NCBI GenBank assembly: GCA_038247945.1
Contig: JBBRUI010000001.1
Location: forward strand, 650 to 64,649
Length of the DNA stretch: 64,000 nucleotides
Source: Bacteroidota bacterium
Lineage (GTDB): Bacteria > Bacteroidota > Ignavibacteria > UBA10030 > UBA6906
Direction of reading: 5' to 3'
In this document: positions 59,293-64,000 of the stretch, one piece after another
How positions within the stretch are numbered: the stretch's first letter is position 1
How the letters are laid out: the number at the start of each line of letters is the position of its first letter
Position numbers and translations under genes: made by a program
Notes under the pieces: generated by a model
Told to the model about the DNA's origin: nothing
Seen by the model: the letters and a program-made list of their open reading frames with translations, nothing else
The model's database searches: none

Positions 59293-60368
59293 AAACATAT
59301 CTAACAAGATGTTATGAATGGATTGACGAACGTGTGCAACTCGACAGTCTCGTCACCTTTATGGGCAAAAAATATGTGCCCGTCCATCGCAATTCCGTCT
59401 GGTACTACTTCGGTGGTGTCACGCTGTTTCTATTCATCGTCCAGGTCGTGACGGGAATTCTTCTGCTGCTGTATTACAAGAGCGGCGAGGAACTCGCGTT
59501 CGAGAGCATCCAATTCATCATGTCGAAAGTCCAGTTCGGCTGGCTGATCCGCTCCATTCATAGCTGGGCAGCGAATCTCTTTATTCTCGCCGCGGTGATT
59601 CACATGTTCAGCGTCTACTTCGAAAAGTCATATCGCAAGCCGCGGGAAGTAACATGGCTTACGGGTATGCTGATGTTGTTTCTCGGGTTAGGTTTCGGCT
59701 TCAGCGGATATCTCCTTCCGTGGAATGAGCTTGCGTTCTTCGCGACAAAAGTCGGAACCGATATTGCCGGCGTTGTTCCGGTGGTTGGCAAACCGATCAT
59801 GATATTTTTGCGCGGCGGAGAAGATGTTACAGGCGCAACGTTATCGCGGTTCTTCGGTTTTCACGTCGCAGTATTTCCGGGAATATTTACGCTCCTGCTC
59901 GGCATTCACTTGATTCTCGTGCAACGTCAGGGGATGAGTGAACCGATGCACGCTGAACGCGACCCGGGGAAGCCGCACAAGACGATGCCGTTTTTCCCGA
60001 ACTTCCTCCTAAGAGATCTATTGCTGTGGCTGATCGTGTTGAATATTATAGCGATCCTTGCCGTGTTCTTTCCGTGGGAGTTGGGAAAGAAAGCGGACGC
60101 GTTTGCTTCCGCGCCGGCGGGCATTTTGCCCGAATGGTATTTCCTGTTCATGTTCCAGACGTTGAAGTTCCTTCCGGCGAAGATGCTCTTTATCGACGGC
60201 GAGGTGTTCGGCATTATTCTGTTCGGCATTGCAGGACTGCTCTGGTTGCTCGTTCCGTTCTGGGATAAAAAAAGCGCACGCGGTGAGCGGAACCGCGCCG
60301 TGAATTACATCGGAATTTTTGTCGTCGGTTATATCATTCTTTTTACTATTCTCGGGTGGACTTTATGA
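59289..60368 (+). CDS. Cytochrome b (fused b6/subunit IV type) of a Rieske/cytochrome b complex
   Basis: [22 protein letters not shown]...[18 protein letters not shown]...[24 protein letters not shown] shows typical cytochrome b helices with His ligands. It overlaps the Rieske stop (ATGA). Confidence 0.85.
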   Translation: MKTYLTRCYEWIDERVQLDSLVTFMGKKYVPVHRNSVWYYFGGVTLFLFIVQVVTGILLLLYYKSGEELAFESIQFIMSKVQFGWLIRSIHSWAANLFILAAVIHMFSVYFEKSYRKPREVTWLTGMLMLFLGLGFGFSGYLLPWNELAFFATKVGTDIAGVVPVVGKPIMIFLRGGEDVTGATLSRFFGFHVAVFPGIFTLLLGIHLILVQRQGMSEPMHAERDPGKPHKTMPFFPNFLLRDLLLWLIVLNIIAILAVFFPWELGKKADAFASAPAGILPEWYFLFMFQTLKFLPAKMLFIDGEVFGIILFGIAGLLWLLVPFWDKKSARGERNRAVNYIGIFVVGYIILFTILGWTL

Positions 60369-61852
60369 GGGGAACACTTTTGGTATTGTGCATGTTGTTT
60401 GTAGGGAGTCACTGGAATCATGGACGCGCAGCCGACAAGTGTTTTACATGCCACGAATCGATCAGTGATAAGGCTTCGACGCTTTTCAAACATGATATCC
60501 ATTTTCAAAAAGGAATATCCTGTTCGGATTGTCATGGCGGAAATCCGAAATCCGACGACATGGAAAGAGCGATGAATAAGGCCGCGGGATTCCTCGGTGT
60601 GCCCAAAGGAGACAATATCTCGAAGACGTGCGCAACGTGCCATTCAGATTCTGCTAGGATGAAATCATATGGATCGAAACTTCCGACCGATCAATGGGAG
60701 AATCTGCAGACGAGCGTTCACGCGAAGCTTTCAATTTCCGGGAAAGAACATATCGCGCAATGCACAACCTGCCACAACGCGCACGGTATCGTTCCCGTGA
60801 ACAATCCGGCATCACCGGTTTTTCCTCTGAATGTTGTAAAGACCTGCACGCAGTGTCACGCGAATGCGACGTTCATGAGAACATATAATCCCTCGTTGCC
60901 CATTGATCAGCGTGAGAAATACCGGACAAGTGTCCATGGGATGAAGAACGCAAAGGGCGATCCGAAAACTGCCGAGTGTGCAAGCTGCCATGGAAGCCAC
61001 AATATCCGTTCAGCCAAAGATCTGAAGTCGACGGTGTATGCGACGAACATTCCGGCGACGTGCAGCCACTGTCACAGCGATGCGGAGTATATGAAGCCGT
61101 ACAAAATTCCCACGGATCAATACAAAAAATATGCATCCAGCGTTCATGGTATTGCGCTTCTCCAAAAGCACGACGTAGGCGCGCCTGCCTGCAACAACTG
61201 TCACGGCAACCACGGAGCGATGCCTCCGGGAGTGGAATCTATTTCCAAAGTCTGCGGCACGTGTCATGCGCTAAATGCCGATTTGTTCTCAGCGAGTCCC
61301 CATAAAAAAGCGTTCGATGAGCTGCAGCTTCCGGAATGCGAGACATGCCACAGCAACCACGACATCGAACCGGCCACCAAACAACTCCTCGGGACGTCCC
61401 CGGAAGCGGTCTGTAGTCGTTGCCACAGCGAGACCGACAATCCGAAAGGATTTCAGGTGGCAGCGATCATGCGCGGGTTAAGCGACAGTCTCGATGTAAC
61501 GGGCAACCGTGCCCGTGCGTTGATTGAAGAGGCGGAACAAAAAGGAATGGAAGTCGGTGAAGCGAAGTTCAAGTTGCGCGACGCTCACCAGGCAAAACTC
61601 GAATCCCGGACAACGGTCCATGCATTCAACGAATCAAAATTTCGGGACGTTATTGTCAAGGGATTAGTGACAACGTCTCTTGTAACCGGGCAGGCAAGGG
61701 AGGCCATCGACGAATACTTTTTCCGGCGCTTTGGCCTGGGAATTGCAACCCTAATCATAACAGTTGTCGCGGTGTCGTTGTACTTGTTCATCCGACGGAT
61801 TGAACGTCGACAAAAAAAGAGAACCGTACCTTACAATCCACAGAACACATAA
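60356..61852 (+). CDS. Multiheme cytochrome c (~11 CxxCH), C-terminal TM anchor
   Basis: Signal peptide, 11 CxxCH motifs and a C-terminal hydrophobic anchor ([17 protein letters not shown]). Confidence 0.75.
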   Translation: MDFMRGTLLVLCMLFVGSHWNHGRAADKCFTCHESISDKASTLFKHDIHFQKGISCSDCHGGNPKSDDMERAMNKAAGFLGVPKGDNISKTCATCHSDSARMKSYGSKLPTDQWENLQTSVHAKLSISGKEHIAQCTTCHNAHGIVPVNNPASPVFPLNVVKTCTQCHANATFMRTYNPSLPIDQREKYRTSVHGMKNAKGDPKTAECASCHGSHNIRSAKDLKSTVYATNIPATCSHCHSDAEYMKPYKIPTDQYKKYASSVHGIALLQKHDVGAPACNNCHGNHGAMPPGVESISKVCGTCHALNADLFSASPHKKAFDELQLPECETCHSNHDIEPATKQLLGTSPEAVCSRCHSETDNPKGFQVAAIMRGLSDSLDVTGNRARALIEEAEQKGMEVGEAKFKLRDAHQAKLESRTTVHAFNESKFRDVIVKGLVTTSLVTGQAREAIDEYFFRRFGLGIATLIITVVAVSLYLFIRRIERRQKKRTVPYNPQNT

Positions 61853-61871
61853 ACTTTCGAGGAGGATTATC

Positions 61872-62411
61872 ATGCGGTACCTACGTTTCGTGAACATGGC
61901 TCTCGCCTTCACAATTATGTTTGCATTTTCAATGCACGCGGAGAACAAGTATGTGGGAACAAAATTCTGTGCTGCGTGCCATAAAGGTGGCAAGGGAGGA
62001 ACAGCATATACCGTCTGGGAAAAAAGTAAGCACGCACAGGCATATAAGGTCCTGCTGACTGACGAAGCAAAGAAGATCGCAAAAGAAAAAGGTCTTAAAG
62101 TTGCGCCGAACGAAGCCCCTGAATGCTTGAAATGCCACGTCACAGGTGGCGGAATGGCGAAGAACGTGGAAGCAACATTCAAGAAAGAGGATGGTATTGG
62201 CTGCGAAACCTGCCATGGGGCCGCATCCGGATATAAGATGATTCATGCCAAAGGAGATAAAGCCAAGAACAAAGAGGCAGGAATGCTGGTTCCGGGAAAG
62301 GACGAAAAGATGTGTGTGACATGCCATAACGCTGAAAGCCCGACATTCAAAGGATTCAAGTTCAACGAGATGTGGGCGAAAATCGAACACGGCAAGCCGG
62401 CGAAGAAGTGA
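61872..62411 (+). CDS. Tetraheme cytochrome c (c554-like family)
   Basis: RBS GGAGGA upstream, a signal peptide and four CxxCH motifs (CAACH, CLKCH, CETCH, CVTCH). Confidence 0.7.
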   Translation: MRYLRFVNMALAFTIMFAFSMHAENKYVGTKFCAACHKGGKGGTAYTVWEKSKHAQAYKVLLTDEAKKIAKEKGLKVAPNEAPECLKCHVTGGGMAKNVEATFKKEDGIGCETCHGAASGYKMIHAKGDKAKNKEAGMLVPGKDEKMCVTCHNAESPTFKGFKFNEMWAKIEHGKPAKK

Positions 62412-62598
62412 TTCGCGTAATCTTGAACCGGTGTCATGAGGGTTCTTCGTGACACCGTGTTTCAGGGTTTTGAAATCAAGCCGAAGAACTCGCTCCTGTA
62501 GTTCTCAATTCTTGGGATTCTTCGGGCAAGTTCTCCCAAAAATTGGAAATCAAAACCACATTACCTTTGTTGCGGTTAGTTTTCACCGGCCAATTGTG

Positions 62599-62615
62599 TG
62601 GCACAATGGTTGCAT
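62599..62615 (+). promoter_or_regulatory. Sigma-54 (RpoN) promoter
   Basis: TGGCAC-aatgg-TTGCAT is an exact -24/-12 consensus (TGGCAC-N5-TTGCW), about 45 nt upstream of the ATG at 62660. Confidence 0.55.
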
Positions 62616-62659
62616 TTCTCAACAGTTGGTTCCCCACGTTAGATCAGGTAGAGATCACC

Positions 62660-63979
62660 ATGAAAAAACTACTCTCCTTCATACTGCTTCTCATTCTCTC
62701 GCATTTTGCCGTGCGTGCTGTCTCCTACGCACAGGTTATTAACGGCCGGCTTATCGGGTCGGTGTACACGTTCGAGAAATTCGATACGGTCAACGTATCG
62801 AAGAAATTCGTCAGAGGATTTCAATCGGCGCTTCTTGATGCAACCTTTTCTGACTTCAGTATTCATACCCACTTTCAGGTTGCCGGCATGTTACAGAAGC
62901 AACTCGATGAGGTCCCCGACTATCGCTTTTATTATCTCTACGGTCAGTGGAAGAATATTTTTAACAGAGCCGATCTTTCGTTCGGGCGGCTGCCATATTT
63001 CGCAGGCGTGGGAAACGGAACGATCGACGGCGGATTGCTGACGCTGCGATTTGCAGAGAATAAATTCCGACTCACGGCATACGGTGGCCAAACTACACCG
63101 CTGGAATACGAACTCAAGGGTTGGAAGAAATTGAAGAATAATTTTACACTCGGCGGACAAATGGTTGTCACCGCGTTTGAAGGCACTCGGATCGGCGTTA
63201 GCTATGTGAATCGCCATCGCGAGAAGTCAGGATACTGGGCGAGCCGTGCGGACTCTCTCTTTAATCCGATTCAGATGTTCATAATCCCTACCCTGGCAAA
63301 GGAACAATATGTAAGCGGCGATGCTTCTGTCCGGTTTGGTTCATCGAGTGTCTACGGCCGCTATGATTACGATCTGAATTTCAAAAGAACACAGCGCACC
63401 CAGCTTGGGGTTCGTGTCGGAGTGTGCGATGAGCTCAGCATTAGCGGCGATTTCATCCACCGCGAACCGCGTGTAATGTACAATTCATTCTTCTCCGTCT
63501 TCGACCTTAAATCTGTTGACGAATATGAGCTTGGCGGCGACTACACTTTGTTTCCCGAAGTCCGGGCATTCGTTCGTGGTGCATACGTAAAATATTCCGG
63601 CGACAAAGGTTTTCGCTACACCGTTGGCATCGCGCATCAATACTTCGGCATCACATACCGGGGAAGTACAGGCTACGCTGGCGAGCTTGATAATGCCAGC
63701 GTTCAGGCGACGTATCCGTTATTTGACAATGTCTTTATCCCATCACTGGGATTCGCGTATATGACGTATCGGCTGGATAATAATGGGTCACGTGACGAGG
63801 GCATTGCCGGAACGCTTGGTGCAACTGTACGTCCCTGGCAGCAACTTTCATTCGATGTGCAGGGACAGTGGCTGCGCAACAAGATTGTTCAGAACGACGT
63901 TCGCCTTTTTGCGAAAGTGAACTTCTGGTTCACTGCAAACCTTTCCGATGATACGCCATCGGAAACTGTAAAGGAATGA
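62660..63979 (+). CDS. Putative outer-membrane beta-barrel protein
   Basis: Signal peptide MKKLLSFILLLILSHFAVRAVSYAQ, then 440 aa of alternating amphipathic beta-strand-like sequence rich in G/Y/T/R. It lies last in the cytochrome cluster under a sigma-54 promoter. Confidence 0.45.
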   Translation: MKKLLSFILLLILSHFAVRAVSYAQVINGRLIGSVYTFEKFDTVNVSKKFVRGFQSALLDATFSDFSIHTHFQVAGMLQKQLDEVPDYRFYYLYGQWKNIFNRADLSFGRLPYFAGVGNGTIDGGLLTLRFAENKFRLTAYGGQTTPLEYELKGWKKLKNNFTLGGQMVVTAFEGTRIGVSYVNRHREKSGYWASRADSLFNPIQMFIIPTLAKEQYVSGDASVRFGSSSVYGRYDYDLNFKRTQRTQLGVRVGVCDELSISGDFIHREPRVMYNSFFSVFDLKSVDEYELGGDYTLFPEVRAFVRGAYVKYSGDKGFRYTVGIAHQYFGITYRGSTGYAGELDNASVQATYPLFDNVFIPSLGFAYMTYRLDNNGSRDEGIAGTLGATVRPWQQLSFDVQGQWLRNKIVQNDVRLFAKVNFWFTANLSDDTPSETVKE

Positions 63980-64000
63980 TTGAAAAAGGAAATTCTATGA

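Noticed and set aside
1-64000. tRNA, rRNA or tmRNA genes
   Set aside because: No cloverleaf-compatible sequences and no conserved T-arm GGTTCGAATCC-like motifs were found in intergenic regions.

Overview
This 64-kb window appears to come from an FCB-group bacterium (Ignavibacteria/Bacteroidota-like). It carries several cargo proteins with the T9SS C-terminal sorting domain (NPFNP motif), sigma-54 regulation and many multiheme cytochromes, and it is about 50% GC with one AT-rich island. The content falls into five blocks.

1. Polysaccharide cluster (1..9 kb): two GT2 paralogs, a flippase, a GT9-like glycosyltransferase, GDP-mannose 4,6-dehydratase, a TylC3-type sugar C-methyltransferase and two other methyltransferases. 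This suggests a C-/O-methylated 6-deoxyhexose glycan.

2. T9SS cargo genes (9..13 kb): one large LamG-repeat protein broken by two compensating frameshifts, and a beta-propeller glycoside hydrolase.

3. Toxin-antitoxin and protease region (13..28 kb): VapBC, MazEF-like, an orphan antitoxin and a frameshifted VapBC, together with M14, tricorn and M2 peptidases, a transposase remnant and hairpin repeats. Two TA cassettes (VapBC and a tripartite HipBST) are each flanked by direct repeats that duplicate the terminus of the neighbouring host gene.

4. AT-rich defence island (28.4..34.3 kb): a small ORF and three unknown proteins (the first with GHKL/MORC-like ATPase motifs) in a translationally coupled operon, convergent with a Dcm C5-methyltransferase and a Vsr endonuclease. 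This is a candidate undescribed GHKL-ATPase restriction/defence system.

5. Respiratory cluster (47.9..64 kb): a PAS histidine kinase and sigma-54 NtrC activator lie upstream of a CbcL-like fused c/b cytochrome (~13 hemes), a ~19-heme cytochrome, a cytochrome b subunit, an ImcH-like 7-heme cytochrome, a Rieske/cytochrome b complex, an 11-heme and a 4-heme cytochrome, and a beta-barrel gene with a consensus sigma-54 promoter. This is a candidate extracellular electron-transfer conduit.

No tRNA, rRNA or CRISPR array was seen.
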